Part shown: positions 53,439 through 64,000 of the stretch, piece after piece
Layout of the letters: each line of letters starts with the position of its first letter
How positions within the stretch are numbered: position 1 is the stretch's first letter
Origin: an uncultured Chthonomonadaceae bacterium
Lineage (GTDB): Bacteria > Armatimonadota > Chthonomonadetes > Chthonomonadales > Chthonomonadaceae
DNA length: 64,000 nucleotides
NCBI GenBank assembly: GCA_963817895.1
Contig: CAWFQB010000001.1
Location: 160,001-224,000, forward strand
Direction of reading: 5' to 3'
Made by a program: the position numbers and the translations under genes
The notes under the pieces: model-generated
Told to the model about the DNA's origin: nothing
The model's input: the letters and a program-made list of their open reading frames with translations, nothing else
Database searches by the model: none

Positions 53439-54362
53439 TTATTTGGGCGGGCTTATGGCGTCGCCGGGGCTTGCCGTGTTGGGAATGCGGTTGGGTTCGC
53501 GTTTGACGGGAAGTTGCGGACAGACGGCGTTGCGCTGCCGGGGCGTCAAGCGTTCCAGCAATTCGTTCGAGGCGTGGTACGGGTGGCGGAAGTTGCCCCA
53601 CGACGGCCCGTAACGATATACCACAATGCGCCGCTCGCCGGGATTGACTCGTTTGGCCGAACCGTGACTGATAGCGTCCACGAACAGCAGCGCGTCGCCC
53701 GCCTCTAAATGCGCTTCAATGGCCCCCTCCACATCATCTACGGAGCGCGTTTCGCCCATCTTCATGACATGCTGCTCAGAATCCGGGTGAACAAAATTCG
53801 ATTTATGGCTGGCGGGAATGATCATTGTCGCGCCATCGCCGGGGCCAATGTCCGTCAGCGCCATGAGAATATTGACCTGCCCGCACTGAAACCGTCCGTT
53901 GTGATAGCGAAACTGATTGCGCTTGACACCCGCGTAACCGCCGGAATGAAGCCCGATAGCCTCGCCCGGTCCGCGCAGATTAGCAAAGTTCTCGTCAATA
54001 AACACCGGGCCGTGATGCCAGTCGAACGTGTTTTCCCCGCCAACAAAATGCTTCACTTTGGCATACCAGCCCGGATAATCAATGAGACGCTCGAACGGCT
54101 CGCCCGCCTCATAAATCTGCTGCAAGTTGATGCCCTCGGAACCGCCGTAGCTGTGCGCGTGAACGCAGCCGTACCATTCGCCCTGTCCGAGCGGCGGGTC
54201 AAGGCGGGTAATATCGGTCAGCAGGGCGTTCATTTCCGCCACATGGCTTTTGGTCAGGACGTTTTTCAGAATCAGATAGCCGTTCAAATCGAACAGATAC
54301 TCTTCGCGGGGTGTCACCGGCGCATCGGCCATTGTGACAGCGGGGGAAGTTGTCAGCGTCAT
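53439..54362 (-). CDS. Phytanoyl-CoA dioxygenase (PhyH)-family Fe(II)/2OG enzyme
   Basis: FDLNGYLILKNVL, GATMIIPASHK, EAGDALLF, SHGS, RR; proximal motif LHSG. Confidence 0.9.
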   Translation of the reverse strand: MTLTTSPAVTMADAPVTPREEYLFDLNGYLILKNVLTKSHVAEMNALLTDITRLDPPLGQGEWYGCVHAHSYGGSEGINLQQIYEAGEPFERLIDYPGWYAKVKHFVGGENTFDWHHGPVFIDENFANLRGPGEAIGLHSGGYAGVKRNQFRYHNGRFQCGQVNILMALTDIGPGDGATMIIPASHKSNFVHPDSEQHVMKMGETRSVDDVEGAIEAHLEAGDALLFVDAISHGSAKRVNPGERRIVVYRYGPSWGNFRHPYHASNELLERLTPRQRNAVCPQLPVKREPNRIPNTASPGDAISPPK

Positions 54363-54651
54363 TGTGATTTCTCCATGGTTCGTGTTTCGGACACTGCTTT
54401 GTCCGATGGTTTAGTATAGATGGGTTTTTCTCGGAATGTATCGGCCATTGTAAGCAATTTTTCCGGTATCCTGAGATTGTAGAGATCAATTTCGCTGCCA
54501 TGCGTATTTTCGCCAGAGGTTGAAACCCCTTGTCTGTATGGCCTGCGGTCAGGCGTCCATCAGGCGCGAAGCCCTGAGAAGAATCTGGTATCCATCGGGG
54601 CATAACATATTATGCCCTGCGTTTTGGTATAATTGTGCAGGAGAAAACGTT

Positions 54652-55908
54652 ATGTCTCATTCAGTTGCGCCGCTTCGGGTGGCGATTATCGGCACGGCAA
54701 AGCGCTCGGACTATCTGTATGGCCCGCTGATTCAGGCGATGCCGGATGTGGAACTTGTCGCCGTGTGGGGGCGCAGCGAAACGTCGGCGCAGGCGTTGGG
54801 CGCAAGTCTTGGCGTCCCGTATTTCACCGACATGGAACGGCTGATGCGCGAAACCGCGCCCCAACTCGGCATTGTTTCCGTGGCGTATGGCGCGAACGGC
54901 GAAGTGGGATTGATGGCGGTGGAGCAGGGGTTGCATGTGCTGCTGGAAACGCCCATTGCGCATAAAATGAGCGAAGCGGACGCCATCATCGAAGCGGCAA
55001 AGCGGCGCAATGTAAAAATCGAAATCGCCGAACAGTTTCATCGCCGCCCGATGGAGCAGATCAAACTGAAACTGCTGGCGTCCGGGCTGTTCGGGCATGT
55101 GCATACGGCTTTCAACGACTTTGCGGGACACGGCTATCACGGCGTCAGCGTCCTGCGCAGTTACATCGACTTCGATGTGAGACCGACGCAGGTTACGGGT
55201 ACGGTACAGCAGTATCCGCTCACCCCCTACTGGTCGCGCCTTGAAAACAAACACGCCGCCCGCAATGAAACGCAGGAACACGCCCTTATACAGTTTGAGG
55301 GCGGGCAAACCGGCGTATACCACTGGACGAGCGTAGGATATGACTCGCCCCTGCGCTGGTGGCGCAGCAGCCGTTTTCTGGCTGAAAAGGGCATGGGCGT
55401 GACGACGGGCGTTTATCCCGATTTGCAGGAACATCTTTCCCTGCTCACGCCCGGCGAGGAAGCGCCCCGTTTTCTGCGCCTCGAGCGGCGTTATGAGCGC
55501 GTGGATGGCGGCGCGTTAAGCGCGGTTGTGGCGCATACGGGCGACCCGGATTTGCCCACCGTGATATGGGAAAACCCGTTTCGCGCTGTAAAGCAGGGAC
55601 ACGGGATGCAGTGGCACGATGATGAAATCGGCGTGGCGGGTTGTATTCAGGGACTCTCAACAAAATAACCGTTCCAGCCCGCGCAGGCGGACTTTGTTAC
55701 CACAGCCGCGCAATTTATTGCGCGGACTGCAAGTGGAACAATTTAATCCTTGAGAGTCCCTCAGAGCCTTGTGGACGCCGTTCGCAACGATACCGAACCG
55801 ACGTATGGCGCGTTGCAGGGGCGTTTGGATCAGGAAATCGTCCTCGCCCTCCGCCAATCTTCCACGCTTGGCGGACAGCCGGTTTTGCTGCCGCTGAAAT
55901 CAGAGTAG
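54652..55908 (+). pseudogene. Gfo/Idh/MocA oxidoreductase interrupted by a MITE
   Basis: LRVAIIG, HVLLETP, AEQF; removing the insert restores ...GCIQSLVDAVRNDTEPTYG...LPLKSE* (TAG 55906-55908). Confidence 0.88.
55650..55760. mobile_element. 111-bp MITE with 11-bp TIRs and 3-bp target duplication (TCA)
   Basis: TCA-GGGACTCTCAA...TTGAGAGTCCC-TCA; internal hairpins. Confidence 0.92.
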
Positions 55909-55982
55909 CCATAATCAGAGTAGCCGCGAATGAACGCGAATAAACGCGAATGATGGACACGTCAGGTAAACACAATGAGCGG

Positions 55983-56960
55983 CTATTGTTGGAATGAGGA
56001 AATTTTGCGAACGTAAGTGGTTGTGCCGGGATACAGCTTCATTATCGCCGCGCTTGCGTCGGGTTCCAGCAGGCTCGCCACTTTGGAAAGGCTGTCCGAA
56101 GTGATGCCGTCGCGGGCGATAATCGTCACCTGTACGCGGCTGGTCAACGCCTGCCCGCTGCGCGGGTCAAGGATATGCGAATAATGCTTGCCGCCGATTT
56201 CCACAAATTGTTCCGTGTCGCCGGAGGTAGAAACGGCGACATTGGCGAACGTCATTAACGGCGAAGCAACGGCATTAGGAACCTGAATTTTCCATCCGGA
56301 TTCTCCCGGCGGCGAGTTGCTGACGACAATATCTCCGCCCGCTTCCACGAGTGCGCGGGTGATGCCGTGCCGTTTCAGAACCTGTTGGGCGCAATCATCG
56401 GCATACCCTTTGCCGATGCCGCCCAAATCCAGCTTCATGCCGGGTACAAGCAGTTGCGCCGTGTGTTTTGATGGGTTCAGCCGCATCTTTTGCCAGCCGA
56501 CCAATTTACGCGCCTGTTCAATGTCTTCGGGCGTGGGCAGCACAGCGGTTTTTCGCGCTTGCCGCCAGAGCGCGACGAGCGGGCCACAGGTCACATCGAA
56601 CGCGCCGCCGCTCTGCCGCGCCACCTGCTGCGCCCGCAACAGGACGCGGAACAAATCTTTGCTGACGGGAACAGGCGGTCCGCCCGATTGGGCGCAAAGG
56701 CGCATCAGTTCGCTGTCGGCGCGATAATCGCTCATAATGGTATCCAACGCGGCGAATCGCTCGAAAGCCTCGCCGCAACCCCGTTCCGCCGTTTTCGCGT
56801 CGGGGGCATAGGCCACAATACGAACATCCACGCCCATGTGGTATTCGGTATACTCGAAGCGTGTCAGGCTTGCTTTATCAGCCTGCGCGTTTCGCGGCAG
56901 CAGCAATCCGAATACAACAATCAGGCATGAAAGGGTTTTTCCGCTTTTGAGCAACAGCAT
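55983..56960 (-). CDS. apbE: FAD:protein FMN transferase ApbE
   Basis: HMGV, MSDYRADSEL, GAFDVTCGPL, LDLGGIGKGY, EAGGDI, STSGD, YSHILDPRSG. Confidence 0.93.
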   Translation of the reverse strand: MLLLKSGKTLSCLIVVFGLLLPRNAQADKASLTRFEYTEYHMGVDVRIVAYAPDAKTAERGCGEAFERFAALDTIMSDYRADSELMRLCAQSGGPPVPVSKDLFRVLLRAQQVARQSGGAFDVTCGPLVALWRQARKTAVLPTPEDIEQARKLVGWQKMRLNPSKHTAQLLVPGMKLDLGGIGKGYADDCAQQVLKRHGITRALVEAGGDIVVSNSPPGESGWKIQVPNAVASPLMTFANVAVSTSGDTEQFVEIGGKHYSHILDPRSGQALTSRVQVTIIARDGITSDSLSKVASLLEPDASAAIMKLYPGTTTYVRKISSFQQ

Positions 56961-56992
56961 CGTGAAAACAGACCTCACTATCCTGAAAATAG

Positions 56993-57038
56993 CCCTCAAC
57001 CCCCAACCCCTTCTCCCAAAAAAGCCTGGGAGAAGGGG
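56993..57038 (+). repeat. CCCTCACCCC-type palindromic repeat
   Basis: CCCTCAACCCCCAACCCCTTCTCCCAAAAAAGCCTGGGAGAAGGGG, similar to 46270. Confidence 0.7.
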
Positions 57039-57093
57039 AGCCACTTGCCTTAATGCTCTCAGGCGAACGGAGTTTACGGGTTCTAATTCTGGA

Positions 57094-57957
<864 letters not shown>

Positions 57958-58007
57958 CGATCAAACCCGGCTTCGCGCGTACTTGCTAAACTATCGGCAC
58001 ATGAGAA

Positions 58008-58099
58008 GTAGGGGCGCTGCTTGCTGCGCCCAACATGCTTGCTGCGCCCAACATGCTTGCTGCGCCCAACATGCTTGCTGCGCCCAACTGCGCCCAACA
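58008..58099 (+). repeat. GTAG REP with 18-bp tandem expansion
   Basis: GTAGGGGCGC then TGCTTGCTGCGCCCAACA x4 plus a partial copy, no spacers. Confidence 0.85.
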
Positions 58100-58179
58100 G
58101 GAACTACGGACTCGCTGTTAGTATAATTACGCAAACTCCTGACAAGCCTCCGAAAATGACAACAAAAGGTGACAACAAA

Positions 58180-59049
58180 ATGAAAAGAACAAACTCAGCG
58201 ACAGCGCCGAAGATCATAACCGCGCTGCTGTCCCTCGGCCTTACTACGGCGTTCGCAGCCCTGACGCTGAATTGCGCGCGGACGCAGGAAGCGGCAGCGC
58301 GACAAACGCCGACGGCAACAACCGCCGTGCCGCCCCTTCTGGCGAATGTGCATCGTATTGTCTGTTTGGGCGACAGCATCACGCAGGGGGGTGAGGGACC
58401 GGGCGGCTATGTGTGGCTGACGCGGCACTATCTACAGGCGCTTTACCCGCAGCAGAACATCACGGTCATCAACGCGGGTATCTCCGGTCACAAGTCCAAC
58501 GACATGCTGGCGCGGTATCAACGGGACGTGCTGGACAAATCGCCCGATCTGGTGACGATCAGCGTGGGCGTTAATGATGTATGGCATGCGTTCCGCGACT
58601 TTGCGCATGGCCGCGATTATCCCGAAGGCAACCTGCCCAACGGCGTTCCGCTCGAAGATTACCGGCGCAACGTGGAGGAGATGGTGACGCGGGCGCAGGC
58701 GATAAAAGCGCAGGTGGTGATTGTGTCGCCCACCCTGATTTATGAGAATCTGGACAGCCCGGAAAACGCCCGCCTGACGCAATACAGCAACGCCGAGCGC
58801 GACATTGCCAGAACGCATCACTGCCTGTTCGTGGATTACCAGAAGCCGATGAAAACGCTGGTGCGCGATTACCGGACTTTGACCGGCGACACCGCCAACC
58901 TGCTGACGGGCGATGGCGTCCACATGAACGCGACTGGCAACCGCGTCATGGCGCATGTTTTGCTGACCGCTCTCGGCGTCACCCCCCAAGCCCGCGCAGC
59001 GGTTCAAGCGACCGTGATGAAGGAACAGCAGGCCGGCAAAACACCCTGA
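58180..59049 (+). CDS. Secreted SGNH/GDSL hydrolase
   Basis: LGDSIT, NAGISG, GVND, DGVHMN blocks. Confidence 0.93.
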   Translation: MKRTNSATAPKIITALLSLGLTTAFAALTLNCARTQEAAARQTPTATTAVPPLLANVHRIVCLGDSITQGGEGPGGYVWLTRHYLQALYPQQNITVINAGISGHKSNDMLARYQRDVLDKSPDLVTISVGVNDVWHAFRDFAHGRDYPEGNLPNGVPLEDYRRNVEEMVTRAQAIKAQVVIVSPTLIYENLDSPENARLTQYSNAERDIARTHHCLFVDYQKPMKTLVRDYRTLTGDTANLLTGDGVHMNATGNRVMAHVLLTALGVTPQARAAVQATVMKEQQAGKTP

Positions 59050-59108
59050 TGAAGTTTGACAATGCCGCGTCGTCGTGATAACATACGTCTATAATTCATG
59101 TCCGCGGA

Positions 59109-59390
59109 TTGGAGGGTAAAACCGTGTCTGTTGTAGATGTTATTGTACCGGTGTCCGGGCAAACCAAATCCCCTGTTTCCGTCCCTGACGACAGGGAACA
59201 GGAGAAGAATGGTTTGACAGGTCAGCCCGTTTCTATCCCTGCCGAAACAACGAATACGATTATACAATATCTTCTGGCGCAGGGTTTAAGCAGGGAGGAT
59301 ATTGTCATGCCCGGTGGAGGTAAAGCTTCTATCCTTTACCTGAGCGAAGATTTCAATACGCCGTTAGACGGGTTTGAAGACTATACCTGA
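59109..59390 (+). CDS. DUF2281-like antitoxin (start uncertain)
   Basis: C-terminal LSEDFNTPLDGFEDY; TGATG coupling to a PIN gene. Confidence 0.6.
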   Translation: MEGKTVSVVDVIVPVSGQTKSPVSVPDDREQEKNGLTGQPVSIPAETTNTIIQYLLAQGLSREDIVMPGGGKASILYLSEDFNTPLDGFEDYT

Positions 59391-59799
59391 TGGATTTATT
59401 ACTGGATACACATAGCTTCCTGTGGTTCGTACAAGACAATCCTTTGTTGAGTCTGTCTGCCAAAGCGCATCTCATGGACGGACGTAACAGGAGGTTTTTG
59501 AGCGCTGCCAGCATTTGGGAACTGGCAATCAAAATGTCGCTTCCTGAACACCGTCCCCCATAAGACTGGATTGTTCGCTTGAAGAGTTTCTCAATGTGCA
59601 AATGGCTAAACATGCCGTTACGCTTCTTCCCATAGAGCCAGGTCATGTAAACTGTGTATCCATGCTGCCGTTCAAGGCCAAAAAGGAACACAACGATCCT
59701 TTTGACCGCCTGATAATAGCGCAAAGCATAGTGTTGAAAATTCCTGTTGTCAGCGTTGACAGCCACTTTGCGGATTACGGCATAACGTTGATTTGGTGA
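59390..59799 (+). CDS. vapC: PIN-domain VapC toxin (frameshift near 59555)
   Basis: MDLLLDTHSFLWF, SAASIWELAIK, HNDPFDRLIIAQS, VSVD. Confidence 0.88.
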
Positions 59800-59923
59800 C
59801 GGCAAGTATACTGCTTGCCGTTGACCATGTAGGCGCAGGGAGTGGCGTAGCCGCCCGCGTTTATGCGGCTAAGTAGACCGAGGGCTAAAGTTCGTAGATT
59901 CTACATCTCGAAAAACTACGAAC

Positions 59924-60331
59924 TTAGTCCGATGCCCGCCTTAGAAGTAAATCAAGCATCTTCCGTGTCAGCGTGTCTGCAAAAATGGTACGCAAGTCTT
60001 GTTCCAGTTCTTCCTGGCTGCTGCATCCGTATACTGGAACCTTGTTTACATCAGCAGTCAGGGTAAATTCAATTTCGACAGGATAAGGTCGGTTTTTCTG
60101 GTGGATGGCCTTCAAAAGCGTATGTGTGTAGCCGCCAATTGCCTCGCCTTTTAGAATAAAACTATGCTCTAATTTTCCTTGTCGCAAGGGCTTCGTCAGC
60201 ACTTCCGCTTCTACGCGGCCTTTGGCACGTTCGCCAGGCCGTTTTGCCTGACGTCGCAACACCATTGCCGGTGAGTCGTCCTCCGGTACTCGCAAATCTT
60301 CCGACCATAGATTAATATCATGAACTGACAT
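59924..60331 (-). CDS. Hypothetical protein
   Basis: GGAGG RBS; NLWSEDL...SPAMVLRRQA...YPVEI; overlaps the 3' end of the EEP remnant. Confidence 0.65.
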   Translation of the reverse strand: MSVHDINLWSEDLRVPEDDSPAMVLRRQAKRPGERAKGRVEAEVLTKPLRQGKLEHSFILKGEAIGGYTHTLLKAIHQKNRPYPVEIEFTLTADVNKVPVYGCSSQEELEQDLRTIFADTLTRKMLDLLLRRASD

Positions 60332-60659
60332 CGGCATTCTCTTCCTCCAGGGTTAGTTTGAACAAAATTGGTAGATGATCCGAAAAATCGTCTCGCTTTA
60401 GGATGCCATGACGAGAAACCAACGATTCTGTTCCCGCATGAGTAACAACAATAAGGTCATTGTCATGAAAGCCGGGTAGCAACGGCGCGCGTAGTAGCAC
60501 CTGATCGAATATATGCCAAAAGCGCGTACTTGGCCCGTTATCATAGTATAACGTACCTGCAGGCGCATTGTTATGCGGTGGAATGAAATGTTTCCACATC
60601 GGGTTACAGAAGCGTTTGTAGTCTCTTTCGTGAATTCTACGCGGTCTTCTGGCTAACAA
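60318..60659 (-). pseudogene. C-terminal fragment of an endonuclease/exonuclease/phosphatase (EEP) protein
   Basis: NPMW, PAGTLYY, WHIFDQVLL, FSDHLPI; N-terminal catalytic motifs (WN, QE, GDFN) absent. Confidence 0.75.
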
Positions 60660-60748
60660 CCTATCCCAATAGCCATGACATCCGCGTCCGTAGGACGCTT
60701 GTACTTTCCTGCCGGGTTAGGCAGTACCCGGCCTACGGGGATAGGCTC

Positions 60749-62032
60749 TTACAGTTGCTCGGCCAGAGCGTCGGCTTTTGCCTTCAGACCCGGCAAATGA
60801 TTATGCGCGGTAATCTGGACGAAAGCCTGCTGCAGCCAGTCATGCGCCTCCAGACGGCTGCCGAGTTGATGATAGGCTGTGGCGAAAACAAGCATCACGC
60901 GGGCGCGATTAAAGGTGGAGTAGCTGCCATCAGGAAAAGGCAGGACGCGCAACGCCGTTGCAGGCTGGCCCGCTTCTACCAGTAGTTGTCCATAGTCATA
61001 GCGCCGCAGATAGATTTCTATTTGCAACCCGCTCCGCTCCGCCGCTTGACACGCCTCTTGCGCAAACCTCAGTCCAGCCTCGATTTGTCCCTCCATTGTG
61101 GCATACGTCGCCATATCGCTAAGAATCCAGGCGGTAAATGTCGGCAAAACCGACTGTCTCACCCAGGGCTGAAGCAGCAGCAAGCCGCGCTCCGGCGCAG
61201 GCCGACTGCCGCCATGAACCAGCGCTGCCCCCTGTGCCAGAAGTGAGCGCAAAAACACATCAGGAATTTCTTGCTGTCGGGAAACAAGCGCAAGTGCCTG
61301 ACGCACCGACGCTTCGGCTTCCGACCACTGCTTCATGTTACGGCAGTAGGTGGCGTAGTGAGCGTACAAACGCCCCAGAAGAGGCCGCGCGGCTTCGGTG
61401 CGGGTTGCCCAATCCCAGGTTTCGCGCTGCAAGGAGAGATATTTCAGGGCTTTGAGGTCAGCAGGCGCGGTCAGGACATTTTGCAGGCGCTCGGTCAGTT
61501 CCGCTTCCTTGGCTTCCCAGGTTGTCGTCTCCTTCGATGACGCGACCAGAGCGCCTGTAGTGATCGCAACCAGTTCTTCTTCCCGCGCCCCCAGCGCAAA
61601 GCATAGCGTGTGAAGCTGCGTGGTCGTGGGGATGCGCTCGCCCTGTTCCCATCGCGCAACTGTGCTGCGAACCACCCTGACTGATTGTGCGGTCTGCTCC
61701 TGCGTCCATCCCTTGCGCAGGCGCATGGCCCGCAACAGGTTCCCGACGACCGGGGGAGCGCCCATGCCATTGATTTCCGCACTCTGGCGCAGACGACGCA
61801 GAGCGCGGGGCGCTTCCACATGGGCAAAGACCCGCGCGCGTTGCGCAGCGTTGGCCTGAAGCGCGGATAATACCGCTTCCAGTTCCGGTATGCGCGGCAA
61901 ACGCGCGCCTGATTCCCATTGCGACAGCGCCGCCTTGCTCACTCCCGATAGTCGTGCCAATTGCCCCTGCGACCAACCGCCCGCTGTCCGCATCTCCCAT
62001 AACAGTGTTCCCACGCGATTGGCACGATCCAT
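60749..62032 (-). CDS. Transcriptional regulator with two XRE HTH domains and a TPR-like C-terminus
   Basis: GWSQGQLARLSGVSKAALSQWESG and GWTQEQTAQSVRVVRSTVARWEQG; GGAGG RBS. Confidence 0.88.
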   Translation of the reverse strand: MDRANRVGTLLWEMRTAGGWSQGQLARLSGVSKAALSQWESGARLPRIPELEAVLSALQANAAQRARVFAHVEAPRALRRLRQSAEINGMGAPPVVGNLLRAMRLRKGWTQEQTAQSVRVVRSTVARWEQGERIPTTTQLHTLCFALGAREEELVAITTGALVASSKETTTWEAKEAELTERLQNVLTAPADLKALKYLSLQRETWDWATRTEAARPLLGRLYAHYATYCRNMKQWSEAEASVRQALALVSRQQEIPDVFLRSLLAQGAALVHGGSRPAPERGLLLLQPWVRQSVLPTFTAWILSDMATYATMEGQIEAGLRFAQEACQAAERSGLQIEIYLRRYDYGQLLVEAGQPATALRVLPFPDGSYSTFNRARVMLVFATAYHQLGSRLEAHDWLQQAFVQITAHNHLPGLKAKADALAEQL

Positions 62033-62373
62033 TCCACCTCCGAAAGTTCGGGTACATACACCTTACTCTCCGGCTTCTTTTTTCGACGGTTTTACAGTTA
62101 ATTCCTGCAAGCCGTTCACAAAACTGGAACGCCGTTTCGTTTTCTGGCAACCGGTGGTATTACGTGGCAAAACACTGCATACTGATAATTGTATCAGGCA
62201 GAAAGTTGATAATGGATTTTACCGCAGAAATCTAGTTCTTGTTTCCGGCATTGGCTTTGATTTCATCAAAGCCAAAACTGTTTACACCAGTCCGGACAAT
62301 ACAGAATTCGCAGCGGCAACTGCCAATCTCTGCATCCTGTTGTGCCGCAGCAAGTTTTACCAAGGAGCCTATT

Positions 62374-64000
62374 ATGTCCTCTAATCCGTACTCTTCCGGC
62401 GAATTCAACCCGAACATTGGGCGTCGTGGGCGTGGAAATGCCGTCGCAATTTTTAACGGTGACCTCTGGCTCATTGGCACTGACACAGACTCGCATCCTG
62501 GAGACGACAGCCCATCTTATCAAACTGGAGACAGTTCATCACTCAAGCAATCTGTTTTTAGTTTAAGCAATGGCATATCAAATGGGGCAGTGACGAACCC
62601 AAATAACTGGACGACCCAATGGGTTACGATTCCCGGGCTTCCTGTAAGAAATACATGGTCGCGTTGCGCTGCGGTCACTTCCACCAAATCGAACACTTCC
62701 ACCAAATCGAATCCCAGCCTCTTTCTCTTCTGGAACGGAGCGGTAGTATATGAGCCAGAATTTCCTACACAAACAATTCATGGTTTGCTCGCTTCTCAAT
62801 ACACTCTACCGTCCCAGTCCGACTCGCCTCCCCAATGGAGTTCAGCCCTCAAACTGCTCGAAACCGACAATCAGACGCAGATACTGCCAAGCAGCCCATC
62901 CGCCGATGTCGCAGCGACCACATTCGGCAATAATTCCTTCTTCATCGCCTGTGCCACGACGAATTCGAAGAATGTTCAGGATACGGGGCCCTTTATCTTC
63001 CTGGGACACTACAATGTCAAGGACATAGACACAAATTCCGGTACCTGGCCGGCGCGGCAACAAGTCTATATCCCCGCCAGTCAACTGCAAACGTTCCTGC
63101 CCGCAGGGAGTTCTACCATCAAGGACCTCGGGACTTCCATCGGCCTCGACTGGTTCAGCACGTTTCCGAATAACGCAAAATCACACGCCGGTACTGCCCC
63201 CTCCAATTACCTGATGCTCGTGATCGAACCTGATTACCAGCATGACAGCGCAGGCTCGCCCTGCTTGATTATTCCTATTGCCGCCCCCAACGAGATCGTG
63301 TCGGCTTCTATATCGCTGGCAACAATGCTGCCTGCCGGAGGGTATAGATATCAGGTTGTTCGCGATCCGCGGCCGCATCTTCGCTTACGGCACTACGCAA
63401 TCCAAGGAGATCGTCAGTTATTGCTTCAGCACATACTCTCTGCCGTCCGCCCCGACAGAAACGACCATCAGCGCTCCTCATGCCTCTTACGCGCCCCCCG
63501 CTGTAGGCTTCTTCATTGATACAGCGACAACGCAATCGTCAACACCGCAGTCGTCAACACCGCCGGATACATATCCGGTCTATCAGTTTGTCTTCTATGG
63601 AAGTTCTGTGGAATGTCAGGTGAACTACTTCGGAACGGGCGAGAGGATCAACAACTTCAAATCCTACACGCCCAAACCGCAGGGGAAATACCTCCTCACG
63701 GGTATTATTGACGGTCCCATTCCGGTTCCGAATTCCAACATCCTGGGGCACCTATTCCAGGAAACCGATCCGAATGTCGGGAATATCACCTACGGGCAAA
63801 CCACGAGTACAGAGGGGACGCACCAATCGAGTTTTGCATGGACCGTTGGTTTCAAAAGCGAAGGCTCAAGTGATAAAGGAATCGGGCCGGCCTGGGACAT
63901 CTCACTGAGCGGCGGCACAGGATCGGTGCAAAGCAATACAACTGGCACACATCAGGGGCACAGCCTGATTCAGAGATCGGTAGTGGACGTTGATGAACAT
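62374..64000 (+). CDS. Large Ser/Thr-rich hypothetical protein (frameshifted at ~63370-63500; runs off the window end)
   Basis: AAGGAG RBS; a frame open to 64000 (YPVYQFVFYG...GIIDGPIPVP...SFAWTVGFKSEG...). Confidence 0.65.

Noticed and set aside
58018..58099. CRISPR array
   Set aside because: The 18-bp units abut with no spacers, there are no cas genes, and the unit derives from a REP

Overview
This is a bacterial chromosomal window, most likely from an Armatimonadota-type genome. That assignment is an inference from three PEP-CTERM genes, BTAD/TPR and XRE/TPR regulators, and abundant 7-10 bp tandem repeats; no marker gene is present. Housekeeping genes (ruvB, tatC, smc, apbE, a DUF1998 DEAD/DEAH helicase) are interleaved with secreted and carbohydrate-type enzymes, an ECF sigma/anti-sigma pair, a CHASE2 adenylate cyclase and several small accessory cassettes. 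The cassettes are DUF4365 plus a HicA-like gene, a PARIS-like ATPase/TOPRIM pair, an N6-methyltransferase followed by an inserted two-gene cassette, and two damaged VapBC-type loci. Many genes carry single-base frameshifts, densest at 29.5-36 kb, which look like long-read errors. The most striking candidate for an undescribed system is at 10.3-12.3 kb. An ECF-sigma-like protein fused to a TPR domain is translationally coupled to a 70-aa secreted peptide with a Phr/AimP-like layout, preceded by an operator-like palindrome and an ECF-type promoter and followed by a terminator. This may be a peptide-sensing sigma factor. Other highlights are a 111-bp MITE that cleanly interrupts an oxidoreductase, a 120-bp duplicated methyltransferase 3' end flanking an EExxH zincin cassette, an HxG (halogenase-type) PhyH enzyme, and a triple-LLR C-terminal tail shared by two unrelated membrane proteins. 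No rRNA, tRNA or CRISPR array was seen.
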